A DNA stretch of 64,000 nucleotides from Octopus vulgaris (lineage: Eukaryota): assembly GCA_951406725.2 (NCBI GenBank), contig OX597816.1, positions 99,510,001-99,574,000 on the forward strand, written 5' to 3'. The translations under genes were made by a program, and so were the position numbers. Below, one piece after another: positions 50,530 through 63,540 of this stretch; position 1 is the first letter of the stretch; each line of letters begins with the position of its first letter. Under the pieces are notes generated by a model. It searched no databases, was not told the origin of the DNA, and saw only the letters and a program-made list of their open reading frames with translations.

Positions 50530-51258
50530 ACATAAGAAGCATCGGATGTGGCATGCAAGAGAGACGTTTGCACTGGTATGGTCATGTACTACGGATGGAT
50601 GAGGAGGGATGCATGAAGAAGTACCACTCCAAAACAGTTGAAGGAATCCGAGGTAGAAGTAGACCCAGGAAAACATGATGAGGTGGTCAAGTATGACCTT
50701 CAAACGTTGGGCCTCACAGAGGCAATGACGAAAGACCGAGACCTCTGGAGATATGTTGTGACTGCAGAGACCCGACAAATAAAGTGAGTCCACGGTGTAT
50801 CCTACGCCAGCTTCACATAACCAGCCCCAGCCCATTCAAAGTTCCTTGGATCGTAGGACGACCTGCTGTGCTTGAGGAGAACTATTGAGTCAAGTACATT
50901 AACATCAAAATAAAAATCAAATGGAAATTATTGTTGTGATACCTGTACCGGTGGCATGTAAAAAGCACCATTCAAACATAGCCGATGCCAGTGCTGCCCT
51001 GACTGGCTTCCATGCTGGTGGCACGTAAAAAGCTCCACCCAATCGTGGCCATCGCCAGCCTCTTCCAGCCCTTGTACTGGTGGCATGTAAAAAGTACCTA
51101 CTACATCATGGAGTGGTTGGCGTTAGGAAGGACATCCAACTGTAGAAACACTGCCAGATCAGACTGGAGCCTGGTGCAGACTCCTGGTTTCCTAGACCCC
51201 AGTTGAACCATCCAACCCATGCTAGTATGGAAAACGGATGTTAAACAATGATGATGAT
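50530..51258 (+). mobile_element. 5'-truncated RTE copy with single-unit 3' UTR
   Basis: CGMQERRLHWYGHV...RGRSRPRKT, then one 3' UTR unit with three ggtggca sub-repeats and a (GAT)n tail. Confidence 0.9.
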
Positions 51259-51609
51259 GTATGTATGTATGTATGTATGTATGTATGTATGTATGTATGT
51301 ATGTATGTATGTATATATGTATGTATGTATGTATGTATGTGTGCAGATCTGTATGTTTTGTTTTATGTATGTATTCTCATGCATATAGTGGGATATCTAG
51401 ACATGCTCATATATATTAAATTATAAGCTTCTGGAAAGTTTTACAGATTTTTACAATTCCAGTGATGGATTGGATCTGTAGTCTTTGAATTAGCTTTCTC
51501 CTTTCTGGTTTTGAGAAGCCTAATTTCTCATGTATGTACATAGGTATGTGTGTGTGTGCTTGCACTCATGTGCATGTGTGTGTGAAAAAAACTCGTTTTT
51601 GTCTTTTAG

Positions 51610-52130
51610 TAATGCTGTATGGGTGAAGAAGTATCATGCTCATTCTTTTGATGTTGCAATGAGTAGTCTAGACTATGCAAAAGTTTGTGAGCTTATTGAT
51701 CTTTATCTTTTCTGTTTATGACATAAAATGTTCAATAATTTATAGCGTTGTTTAAAACTGGATGTCAGGTTCATTATTACACATAAAATGAATGTTATAG
51801 GAAAAAAAATTCTATTTAACTTATTTGAAGATTTACACTTAAATATCATTGTTGATGCAAGCTTACACAACGTTAATTTCTTAGATATCACCTTAAATTT
51901 AGAAACCAATAAATATCACCCATTTAAGAAGTCAAATAAAAAGTTACAGTACATAAATATTGCTTCAAATCATCTGCTTGCCATTATAACTCATTTGGTT
52001 TAAATGTTAGTAGACAGTTTATTCAGCATTTCTTGTGATACATCAACCTTCAATAATCTGGCACCTTTTTATTATGAAATTTTAAAGCACTGGTTTTAAG
52101 AATAAATTAATTATATAAATAATGATGTTT
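51610..52130 (+). mobile_element. Decayed Penelope-like RT (probably Naiad-type)
   Basis: FDVAMSSLDYAKVCELIDLYL and VNFLDITLNL...YHPFKK...YINIASNH match the FDVTMGSYDGAEVCELVG and NFLDVT...SNHP consensus. Confidence 0.75.
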
Positions 52131-54035
52131 CTAACATAGGCACAAGTACTGAAATCTGGGGAAAAAGATTCAACCAAATCAACTCCAGGGCTCTGCTTTG
52201 TTATGTGTAAAGGGTTTAAAGAACCAGATTAAATAGAGCAAAGTATTCTGCCCCACACTGGTACTTACGACTATCCATTCTTAAATGAATAATAATATTA
52301 ATTGTTAGATGCAGCAAAGAATAGAATGTAAAATTATTTGATTTAATTCACTATTTAGCCTAAAATGTGTACAAGTATTAAAACAATTTGTTTTAGTAAT
52401 TGAAAGAATTTATTGAGAATTGGTAAACCATGAAATGTAATGGTAGTGTCTGAGAAGATATCAAGCTTAAAATAAATTTTATTATGCATACACACAACAC
52501 ACATACATGTTTGTTTGCTTGTGTGTGTGTGAACTAGTTTGCTCAGCATAACCTGGAGCACATAACTTCAAACTTCATTTCTCCTTTTGAGAAAATACAG
52601 CTTAATGTATTCCTTAAGAAAACTGAACATAGATAATTAACATAGTCCTTGCATTGTCTGTGACTTGTGATTAAATTATTTATGATCAGTAATAATAATT
52701 TTCTGACTACTTTCAGATATTACATTCATGTTTGAAGAGAGCTTTGAACTGGTTTATATTTATTTTTGCGGGGTTCTGTTCAGATGTATATTTTAGTTTC
52801 TGTGGATATTATTGCCATAGCATATTTATTGAGAGCATGTCCCTACACTACATTACTGACAAAACTTTAAGACAGTTACAAGGTGAATTTGTTACCTAAA
52901 GTAAAAGAAGGAAAATGGTAAGTGACACATGCTAATAAAGTTCATTAGATGTCTGTTTTGCACAAGTAACATTTCCTAAATATAATCTACCAGAAGAAGA
53001 GTATTTACTAATATTTAATCAATGAAAAATATTTTGACAAATCTAACTTACACTGTTAAAGAGCTTCAAACTAAGATTACAAGCTTAGCAAAAGGAAAAA
53101 AATGATAATTATTGATGAAGGAAGGTGGGACTTGTTAGTTGAATCTTTTTTATTGTTGTCATTATTTTGCCATTTTGGAAAGTTCTGATTAATGTCTATT
53201 TTTGGAATCACATCACAATCTGTGCTTAGAACAAATTAATTAGTGCTGTTAAAGCTAGTGAATGTTAATTGATTTAAGTGAAATGAGGAATAATCAGTTA
53301 ATTGAGAAAATTTCAGCCATGTTTCATCTAATTTATACATTTCAACTGACTAGTCATTTTGAGTGAATGTCATTTTAAGTGAATGTCATTTTGGTGTGAA
53401 TTATTTTCAGAACACAAAATAAAACTATTGTTATATTAAAACACTGTAGTCTGATGGCTCTAACTTCATATCAATTACGAGATATTCAGTCTTGTTGGCT
53501 GTGACAATAAGGTACTAGACTACTAACCTAATAGCCCATAAGTTCAATCTTTACTACAAAAATGACCATGTAACTAACTTTGTTTCCTATAGTTTAACTA
53601 AATGCAGACAGGCCGTGCTCTATTTCATAACTCAAATGTTTGCTCAGGAAATCATATCCAAATGTGGAAACAATTATTCTAAAAGCATTATACTGACATC
53701 AGATAAAGGCCTCATCTTCATGTGGTGTAACAAGAATATATTAGCTTGACTAAATACATCTATCTTCTTAAGCCACCTAGTGATATACAATTGTCCATGT
53801 TCCCCCTACCACCAGAATACCATTTCACCCTTGTAACAGGTAGGCATGACAGTGTAATTAAGAAATGGTTAAGAATACAACAGCATTTTGTCTGACACTA
53901 ACATTTCAAATATCACTATCTATTGTGCACTGTATTATCTAAGCAGTGTAAAGTTCAGTTCTTTACATCACTTTGAGTAAGAGTTTTCTACCATAGTTGA
54001 TTGCTGAGATGAATATTATATGGATATCAGTTGTG

Positions 54036-54076
<41 letters not shown>

Positions 54077-54084
54077 TAGAAAAA

Positions 54085-54298
54085 AAACACCTTTTATCAA
54101 TTCAAAATGAACAATTAAATTATAGAAAAGATAACTGTTAAAATCGAACTGCACTTTTCAAAACTTACACTAAGATTAAGTACAAGGTAAAATTACTACC
54201 TACTTTTATAGCAAGTTGATGCGGGTAGTTTATCCTGTTCCCTTCTGAATTTTAGTTCATACAATTGAAAAAACTGCATTATTTATGGGATGACCCAA
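54085..54298 (-). mobile_element. 5' terminal fragment of the mariner family at 44968
   Basis: TIR attatttatgggatgacccaa plus reverse homology to about 44970-45135. Confidence 0.75.
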
Positions 54299-54469
54299 TA
54301 TATACATTCTTTTTCTATTTCCATATTTAGCAATTTATACTGCTAAACTGTGGCTTGTACGATGACTTTCAACCTATGGAAATTTCCATCAATTTTGGAA
54401 GTCATCAAATACAACAGTTATTAAATTTTCTTTATCATTTATTGTCCACTTTTTATCATCTATACCAGT

Positions 54470-54504
<35 letters not shown>

Positions 54505-54639
54505 GTGCAAATGTGGCATTGTGGTAAGAAGCTTGCTTTCCGATCACATGGTTTTTGGGTTCAGTCCCACTGTGTGATACCTTGTGATTTACTGTACCTA
54601 GTTCTTTTTGGATTGCACTACCATTTAACTATATATATT

Positions 54640-54962
54640 CTTTCATTCTTGTATTCTTTTACTTGTTTCAGTCATTTGACTGCAGCCATGCTGGTGCACA
54701 ACCCTGAAGGGTTTTAGCCAAACAAATGAACCCCGGTTCTTTTTTCCAAGCAGTGATTGGGTGGGGGGACAAACACACACACACACATATATATTTGGTG
54801 GGCTTCTTTCAGTTTCTGTCAACCAAATTCACTCACAAGGCTTTGGTCAGCCCAAGGTTATAGTAGAGAACAATCGCCCAAGGTACCACACAGTGGGACT
54901 GAACCCCAAAAACCATGTGATCAGAAAGCAAGCTTCTTACCACAATGCCACGTTTGCACCTG
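54640..54962 (-). mobile_element. CORE-like SINE (deleted), facing a + strand head fragment at about 54500-54590
   Basis: Homology to 19079-19492. Confidence 0.75.
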
Positions 54963-55067
54963 TGTATATATATATATGTTACTTGTATGCATAGTTATGT
55001 ATAAAAATATACAAACTTGAAATTGAACAACCACTCAATACCTTTCAGTTGAGTAGCACATTTATTA

Positions 55068-55195
55068 TATTTTTATAATGAAAAGATTGACAGTTACTTT
55101 GAAGTTTCAATTCAATAGCCTTCATCAAGTAGTCAGAAGAAGACTACCAAGCTGACACTTCAAAGTAACTGTCAATATTTTCCTTGTAAAAATAC
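55068..55195. repeat. Inverted repeat (perfect 20-bp core 55086-55105 / 55157-55176)
   Basis: attgacagttactttgaagt pairs with acttcaaagtaactgtcaat; imperfect pairing extends outward. Confidence 0.8.
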
Positions 55196-55695
55196 AGTGC
55201 ATGTTTCTCTATTTATGTATGTGCGTGTGAGAGTGTGTGTGATAGTCTGTTACCCAATGACAAAACATTTATGTACTCCGCAGTCTGAGCAAGATATTTT
55301 TCTCCTAAGTACTCAATAAGCATTTATATGAATTATATATTATTTGGGGTTGTGACATTAAGTTTATACTTTGAAAGAATGAATGTAAAGATTCAACTTC
55401 ATATTAATGAAATATGTACAGACATTGCACACACGCACATCAAAAAAGGTGTTCAGTGAAGTGTGACATGCAACCAAAAGTTGGGCTCGGTAACGGATTC
55501 CACATTGCACTCAAGTATCCAGTATAGTACAATACAAGGCATCAAACTCAGGATGGGCTAGTTTGGGTTTTCTTGATATGATGCTTTGTCTGTCCCCAGC
55601 CGTTTCATATTGCATGTGAGGTAGTTGATTATTTGCATAATGGAGAATAATGTATATATCCTGAGATTTAACATCAACTGTTGTATTTATTGCAG

Positions 55696-55707
55696 GTCAC
55701 TGAAGAG
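55696..55707 (+). other. Candidate 12-nt microexon
   Basis: ttgtatttattgcag|GTCACTGAAGAG|gtgagtgcatg. Frame-preserving length, TGCATG motifs nearby, non-repetitive flanks. Confidence 0.35.
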
Positions 55708-56917
55708 GTGAGTGCATGATTGCATAATGTTTCTACTACTGTTATTTTGGCATTATATATATATATATATATAATAAATACATATACATATATATATGTA
55801 TGTGTGTGTGTGTATACATATCCATATATATATGTGTATATCTTGATACATGGTTTTTCTTTGAGTTTTATTTAAACCCTTCTTAAGAGAGTTCAAGCCA
55901 GTTGCTAACAAAGTGACAAGATGTTTTGAGTTAAGAGAGTTCCCAGAGTAGGGTTAGCATACTTGCTTGAGCTGTTGATGCACACAACCAAATGAGTGCA
56001 TCAACTCACCTATTGAATCCCAGATGGAGAATCTTGGAATGTCTTACAAATCTTTATTATGCCACTAATAGTTTGTATTACAAGTATGTATGCATATATG
56101 TTTGAACGTATGTATGTATGTATGTTTGAATGTATGTATGTATGTAGGTAGGTAGGTAGGTAGGCAGGAATGTTGTGAGTGCGTATTGTGTATTTTTGCC
56201 AAGCTGGAGTGGTAAATAAGATAAATATTGCCCAAAGAACAGTGCTCTTCAAATAAAGTTCATGTTACAGACACTCCTTTGTCTCTCTCTTATCAGAAAT
56301 GCAATGAACCAATGATCATTAAAAACTTGTATCCAATGATACTATAGGATCACAATAGGATCCTGTAATTGTTAGATCAACATGTTCTCTTTGAAAAATT
56401 CAATCCCAGTATTGATTTAGGATAAGGGTAGTAATACATTCTCATTCATAATTATTCAATTCTTATTTTCTATGGTTAGTCCTCTAATTTTACAGTAGCA
56501 GGAGCCCAAAATATTTATTTAGAGATGAGATATAAGTAGTAGTATAATACCAACATTCACAAGTATTGCTCCAGTCATAAAACATATTCCATGAAGCACA
56601 ATAATATATTTTACTCTATTTCACATTAAATTTTTATTTTATATTTACAATAAGAGGGGGCCCATTGAGTTCAGTCATGTGTTAACCAAAGCATATAAGA
56701 ACATTAGAGAATAACAAATCTTTATTTCTGTATCGACTTCAGAAAGTATGGGTATGTTGATTATAATGACTTTTAACAATATTGGAAGAAAGCTTTTTAA
56801 TGGTTTATTGATACTTTACATTGGTCTATGAATCCTTTTTCCAAGTATTTATTATTTTCTAGTTTCAATAATTGCAACTGCTGATAGTGGAACTTATGGT
56901 AGGTTTAGGTGGTTTGT

Positions 56918-58185
56918 ATCAGGTTGTTAAAAATGAAATATCCAGTTTTCTTATGCACCAAGTTTGACAGTTGTTAACTCTAATGTTTTATCCTGGCAAT
57001 TCTTTGTTTTACAACACTGAAGAGTTACATCATGACTTTTCAAAATATGGTGTCTGATTATATTGAGAGTTTTCTCTTGTAAATCAACTTTTGTGAACCC
57101 ATGGATAGATCAAAAATTCATGTTATTTATGAATATGAGTTCTGTTGTGTAACCAATGCATCCCAGACAGCTTCAAACATCAATGATGTGTTTGGTGAAG
57201 ATGTGGCAAATGAGTGCACTCTACAGTGAGGGTTTGAGAAGTTCTGGTCTGGTTACTCTTGAAAATCAGCCCTGTGGTAGACCTGAGACCAAGGTAGATA
57301 ATGATGAGATGGAAACTGTAGTGGAAGCGGATACATCTCAAACTATGCGTGAGTTAGCAGCAAGGTTTGATGTTTCAATTCCAATTTTACTGGACCATCT
57401 GAAGCAAATTGGTTAATTAAAGAAGCTGGACAAGTGGATACCACATGAACTGAACAAGCAACAAATGACATGTCATCTTGAAACCTGCTGTTCTTTGCTG
57501 TCATGGCCTAAGAATGAACCATTTTTGCATCGTATTGTTATGAGTGATCAAAAATGAATTCTTTCCAACAATAGCAAGTGCTCTGTGCAGTGGCTGGATA
57601 GAGATGAAGTGCCAAAACACAATCCAAAAACGAATATTCACCAAAAAAAGCTAATGGTGTCTGTTTGATGACTCAGCACTGGTGTCTTCTGCTATAGCTT
57701 CATGAGACCTAGTAAGTCAATTACAGCAGATGTATGCATCAACCAAGTGGATGAAAGGATGAGTGAACTTGCAATTAAACAACTGAGATTGGTCAATAGA
57801 GACGGGCCAATTCTCTTGCAAGACAATGCTCAACTACATGTTGCACAAAGAAAGCTATTCAAGTTACAGGAACTGAACTTGAAAGTACTCTGTCATCCAC
57901 CATATTCATCAGACCTTGCACTAACTGGCTGTCATGTTTTTCAGACATTGGACAATTTTTTGCAAGGAAAAAACTTCAAATCTGAAGAAGATGCAAAAAC
58001 TGCCTTTTGTGATTTCATCACCACTTGCTCTCCAGAATTCTTCACTGTTGGCATAAATAAGCTATCAATAAAATGGTAAAATTGTGTTGATAACTTAGGT
58101 GCAAACATTGCTTTTTGTTGAGATAAAGTAAAATAAACTTTCAGTTCTAAATCAGACATTTCATTCTTATTTGAGGGTGTTAATA
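56918..58185 (+). mobile_element. Decayed mariner (DD34D) transposon; transposase pseudogene about 57101-58110
   Basis: MDRSKIHVIYEYEF, WIPHEL, RIVMSDQK, LQDNA and HPPYSSDLA. TIRs are degenerate. Confidence 0.85.
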
Positions 58186-58189
58186 TCTA

Positions 58190-59530
58190 TGTGAAGTTTG
58201 ATGTTATAGAATATAATATTTTAATTATGTTTCTATTATAAAACTATGCAGTTGAAAATGTTTTGTAAGTCAAAATATAATGTGTGCCATTGGTTTGGTG
58301 TTATGACTAAGTTTTATGGTGGATTGTATATTATAAGCCTATTTTTTTGTGTTTTCTTGTTCCTTTACTTTTAGTATGAATTCAATTACCTTCTCGTTGC
58401 AGAGAGAATAGTAAGTTGTATTGTTTTAAGTTAAATTATTGATCTTGTTAGGATGATTAAATTATTTGTCATATAATCTAGTGCTTTATTTTGTCTACGA
58501 AAGAGGTAATACAGGGAAATATTTAGGCTTAATGTTCTAATGTTATATCAAGACAATCTTAGATAGCAAGTTTAATATTGAAAGTTGTTAAAAGATCTTA
58601 GATTTTGAAGAAGAAAAAGGGAAAATGAAAGCTTTTAGTTTTTTTGCAGATTATTTTTTGAAATGAAAGACCTGTTATCTTGATACACACCACAGTTCCT
58701 ACAATTATAATTATCTTTCATATTTTATGATAGATAAAGCTACTTGGTCACTGACTTTGACAGAGTCACATGTAACCATGCTGACATCAAAAGGTGTGAC
58801 TTTTAGTTTTTTGGATGATAAATGTTAATTACAGCTCAAACCTGTCTTCTAGACATGTAATATAGTTTCCATATATTGAGCAGATTGTGTTTATTGATCT
58901 TGTGTAATATTGGGTGTTAATTGTGTGTAATTTTAAACATTAATTAATAAAGGTATAGTAGTAGATGGAAAATTCTCTTGACATCTGTTTATAAAAAACT
59001 GCATTCTATTTTGGATGGAAACAAACTAGGTAAAAGTTTCTGATGTGTTTTGCTTAAGCAGTAGTTTTGCTTTGTTTTAATTTGGAGATAATTCTATTTA
59101 AAATATTTTTATCTAAAACACTTATATCAGTTATTGTTGTGTTAATTAATTGTATGCATGGTTTATTTTTGAAATTGATTTGAGGTCCTTGAAAGTGATA
59201 TATGGTTATTTTAGAATTAAAGGTTCTGTTCATTCTTCTATTCAATGTTTGATGAAATCTTTTGATCTATAGTATTAATTTCTTTTATTATATCGTTGTT
59301 TCTCTTCTTATCAGTTTTTGTTATGTTATTAGATACATGCTTATGTGAAGCATTTTAATCTATTCGATAGAGGTACTTTTGTTCTATCTGACTGAATACA
59401 GATACATTTAAAAAATTTTGATCTCTTGAATTTTTAATATAATTTTCTTTTTCTTATATTAATTAGTCTTTTGTAGAATGCTTTTAAGTAGATTTCCTTA
59501 GTTAATATTTGTATGTTTTTGTTAATATAT
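58190..59530 (-). mobile_element. Highly decayed Naiad-type Penelope RT, probably continuing at about 56250-56900 beyond the mariner insertion
   Basis: NFKNKPCIQLINTTITDISVLDKNILNRIISKL, PFDVSMVTCDSVKVSD and LDITL...NHP. Confidence 0.55.
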
Positions 59531-59784
59531 TTTTTTACTCCAGCATACTTGGGTAATTGGTTATAAGTGGTTTTAACTTTAAATGAACTTTGGCATTTAT
59601 ATTGCATAGTTTTTTTTTTTTTGCAACAAAAAATAACTTAAAGTCTGGAATAGAGAACTCATCACTTAGGTGAAGAGTATTAAGATATGCTGCCTCATGT
59701 CTGTATAAATATTGCTGTGTGGTTAAGAAATTTGTTTCCCGTGTGTGCAATGGAACCACATGATTCTGTCACACACACATATAT

Positions 59785-60005
59785 ATCTTTTATCTTTTAC
59801 TTGTTTCAATCATCATACCATGGGGTCATGCTGAAACACCACTCTGAAGGGGTTTAGTCAAACAAATTGACCCCTGGAGTTTTAAGCATAGTAATTATTT
59901 TATCAGTCTCTTTTGATAAACTGCTAAGTTATGGAGACATAAACACACCAACATTGGTTGTCAAGTGGTAGTGGGGGACAAACACAGACACAAAGACACA
60001 CACAT
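59785..60005 (-). mobile_element. CORE-like SINE 3' half
   Basis: Homology to 19290-19490. Confidence 0.7.
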
Positions 60006-60029
60006 AGATATATACACATATATGTAAGG

Positions 60030-60590
60030 AACTTGTCAGAGTGTGCCTCCTTCATACAAATTGGTTCAGTAAAATATTTAATAGCCAACACTGAGAGTTT
60101 CCTTTAGCTGTGCACCCAATGTAAAAAAGATTTTAGTAGTTAGGCCCACACCTGAGACAGAGGCAGGATGCTCATATAGAGGTAACACATCATGTCCATT
60201 AAACAGCCACAGTAATAAGGAAACTGTCATATACAAGGCAATGGTAACAGCAATATGAACAAATGGGCAACCCAACGTGCAAAAGTACAAGGGAGCAACT
60301 GAAGGCCCCTTCACAGCTTGCTATAGCAACTACAAGTCCTCCTTCAGCTTCCCAGAGAGGCATAACACCACAACCCTGGCCAAACATGTATGGTCATTGA
60401 AAGAAAGTAACACTAAGTACAGCATAAAGTGGAGGATTTTAAAGAAATTTAAAGGACACTTTAATAGCAGTAGGAAGTGCAGATTATGTCTGGCAGAGAA
60501 AAGAGTGATATTAAGGAGCTCTCAGCACCCAGGCATCTACCTAAACAGCATAAGTGAAATTTTTAATCCTTGCCCACATGAAAGGTAGTA
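60030..60590 (+). mobile_element. Penelope-like GIY-YIG endonuclease remnant (probably Naiad-type)
   Basis: CPLN...VIYKAMV...YKGATEGPF...TTLAKHVWSLK...IKWRIL...CRLCLAEK...LNSISEIFNPCPH. Confidence 0.8.
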
Positions 60591-61326
60591 CATCCTACCA
60601 TACTTGCGTGCCCCATTGTGACTATAATTACCAGTCCCCCAGCTTCAGCCCTCCCACCACTAATACCTGAGAATTCAGCAAAGAGTCTGACTAAAACATG
60701 CACAAACACACTCACAAACACACACACTAAACTGCTGGACATACACCCAACAGACCATTTTCCACCACCCACAATCGCTATACATATAGTACCACTATGC
60801 ACATTCCATTTCTACAAGAGCAACAACTTTAAAGATACACTTATTTCATATAAACTCTTTTCCAGAAAACTCATGTCAATTTGCAGCATGCCCAGAGATG
60901 GTTGCTTTTGTACCAAGGGACATAACTATTAACTTAACCCTTGGTGGGTTCGTTTCATCATCTTTTTCACAGCAACCACAAGCTAGATATCTGTTCACCT
61001 TCAGCAAAAGAGAGCAGTCGCCATATTTCATTCCATAACTGCCATCTCTAAAGAGCACAGCATTACTTAATTGAACTGTTACCTAACACACCACTGTACT
61101 CCTCGCATGAAACTGATTGATAAGATCAGCCATATTGTTCACTCTGATTAATATAGTCATTAAGTGGTATGCATGTGAGCAGAAATGACAACTAGGAAGG
61201 CCTCCACTCAGATGGATTGACAACACAAAGAGGATAATGAAACTGCAATGGAGAAAGAGAATGAGATCAGCAATGGAATAGATGAAATGCTGTGGCCAGC
61301 AGATTCATATATAACTACAAAAATAC

Positions 61327-61377
<51 letters not shown>

Positions 61378-61419
61378 TGTATGTATATGTATGTACGTAT
61401 GTATGTATGTATGATTGTA

Positions 61420-61995
61420 TGTCTGTGTCTGTGTTTGTCCCCACTACAGCTTGACAACCAATGATGTATTGTTTACACCCCTGCAACTTAATGGTTCAGC
61501 AAAAGTGACCAATAGAATTGAGCACCATACTTAAAAACAAGTACTAGGGTCGATTTGGTCAGCTAAACTCTTCTAAGCAGTGCATCATGGTCACAGTCCA
61601 AAGTCTATCACCTCCTCACCGTGGTGGGGACGCTGGCAATGGGTAGTGTCAGAGCTATGCCGTCGGGAACTCCAGTTCCTGGTAGAGCCACGCAAAGCGG
61701 ATTGGTCTGACACCGAGTGGTATTAGGGCCACAACCCGGCAGATGGGGTGAAAATTCTTGGAGTATTTGTTTCGGCAACCAGCGGCTCCTCAGTCGATCT
61801 GTCCCTGCGTCTGTAGACAATCTGCAGCAAACAGGATGTCTCTACATGCAGGATTGTTGGGGACCGCTTGTGAAATCCACATATTCCCACGAAACTTCTT
61901 CCATGAGTAGAAGAAGCCGACTCAACCCGCCCAGGATGAATGTCGCCACAAGTACAAGTACATGTACAGTCCAATGACTGAAATAAGTAAAAAAT
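61420..61995 (+). mobile_element. CORE-like SINE 3' half interrupted by an insertion
   Basis: The SINE end catggtcacagtccaa|tgactgaaataagtaaaa is split at 61601/61966. Confidence 0.7.
61602..61965 (+). mobile_element. Young 364-bp non-autonomous RTE-derived retroelement
   Basis: 9-bp TSD acagtccaa at 61593-61601 and 61966-61974, an (acaagt)n tail, and GC/CpG-rich content. The 5' part resembles RTE 5' UTRs (from memory). Confidence 0.75.
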
Positions 61996-62799
61996 AAGTT
62001 GTTGGTGTGGAATATACTATTAAATGCATGTTGTATAAGATATTCTTCTGTTCTACTTCACAGTAATTTCATTATTTTCAAATGAAAATTCTATCTTTCA
62101 CAACAAAACATATTTGTAAGGAATTATAAACAGAATTACCAATTAGCTTTAAACATGTGTAGCTGATATTTTGTGCTAATGTAACTTAACATTAAGGAAT
62201 TATGTAGAATCAATAGAAAATTATTCATTTTCAGTTTTTTTGTACAGAATTCTAAAATCATTTATCATTGGATTTGGTATTAGGCAACGTGATAGGAACT
62301 GAAACAAATAAATAAATAAGTAAAATAGCTAAATACTTCCTTGGGTAATTTTGGTAAACCTCTTTCTGGAGTAATTATCATTATTATTTTCTCTGTGTGT
62401 GAGTAGTATTAGTTAGTTTTAGTTAGTTATTAATACATTTCTTATCTTTCAGAACACATCTGCATATCAATGCTGTTTCTCTTAAGATAACAAAATTATA
62501 AGGAAAAAGAAAAATGTAAAACATATTAAATGGAAAAGCAAAGTGAAATAATATAAAATTTTTCTGTGTTTAGTCATTTGATCAAGTCTCTGTTTTTTTA
62601 TTCTTATATTATAATTTTGCAACTTGTGGAAAAATAGAAGAAAAATTTTTAATTTCTAAAACTATACAAAATAAATGAACAATTGAGTTAACCATGTTTT
62701 AACTAGAGTTATAGTAATGTTGTTTACTTCTGAGATGAATTTTGTAAGGCTAATATTGAATAGTTGATTAAAGCAAATCTAATTTTTAATTGATATTTA

Positions 62800-63175
62800 T
62801 TTTATTGTCTCATGAAAAATGAGGATCTGAAGAATTTGAAAAGCTTTGTTCCAGTACGTATTTAAAGAGCACTGCTCAATGTATATTTCACTTTCCTCCT
62901 TTATGTGTGTCTGACACGATGTTAAAGAGAGCAGGGCCAATTGAGGTGAAATAGTTCTGTCATAGTGTTGTGATACGACAATGAACATTTCTGTAGTGGA
63001 TGGATGGCACGGGAGCCAAGCCTCGGATGAATTTTAAAAATGGGTAATGTTGATGGAATATTTTCCACATCATACAGATGATATAGAGCTCACAGCAGCA
63101 ATGGAGGGAGCAAAGCCTTACCTTTTTGAGTCGATCCCAATAGTCAAGGCTTGTCATGTCCTCCTCCACAGACCT
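62800..63175 (-). mobile_element. CR1/L2-group LINE 3' remnant
   Basis: MTSLDYWDRLKKVRLCSL...YIICMMWKI matches YWERLK.L.LYSL.RRRERY.II..WKI. Confidence 0.7.
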
Positions 63176-63309
63176 CTGCCAAGCAGCTCATTTTAAGATG
63201 GCTATGCGAGTAAAATTACTATTAGAGTAACGAAATAAACTTTGGAAACAGCAATGCCACCATCGGTGGAAACGATGAACGTGTTTTCAAGGGAGATAAT
63301 CAAAGAAAG

Positions 63310-63540
63310 TAACAGTGTAATACTTCATGTAAAGTAAATATAACAAATGAAAAATCCTTCAAGAATCCATAAAAATTCCTAGATCACTACTAAAATTTCA
63401 TCATCTGTTTCTTGTGTCATTATCAACTTTTTCTGCAAGTTTCATCAAATATCGTTAGCAACATTTTAGTTATTTTGCACACAGATGGACTACCAATGCC
63501 GATGAAAACATAATCTTGTTATTTGGCAGATGTAACAAAT
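63310..63540 (+). mobile_element. Possible non-autonomous Helentron-like element 3' part
   Basis: aagtttcatcaaa...agttattttgcacacaga...ccgatgaaaacataat resembles HINE-like ends (from memory only). Confidence 0.3.

Noticed and set aside
60256-60258. In-frame TGA in the Penelope GIY-YIG remnant as possible selenocysteine
   Set aside because: It is not at a Cys-motif position and the copy has other inactivating substitutions. CGA-to-TGA decay is the simpler explanation.
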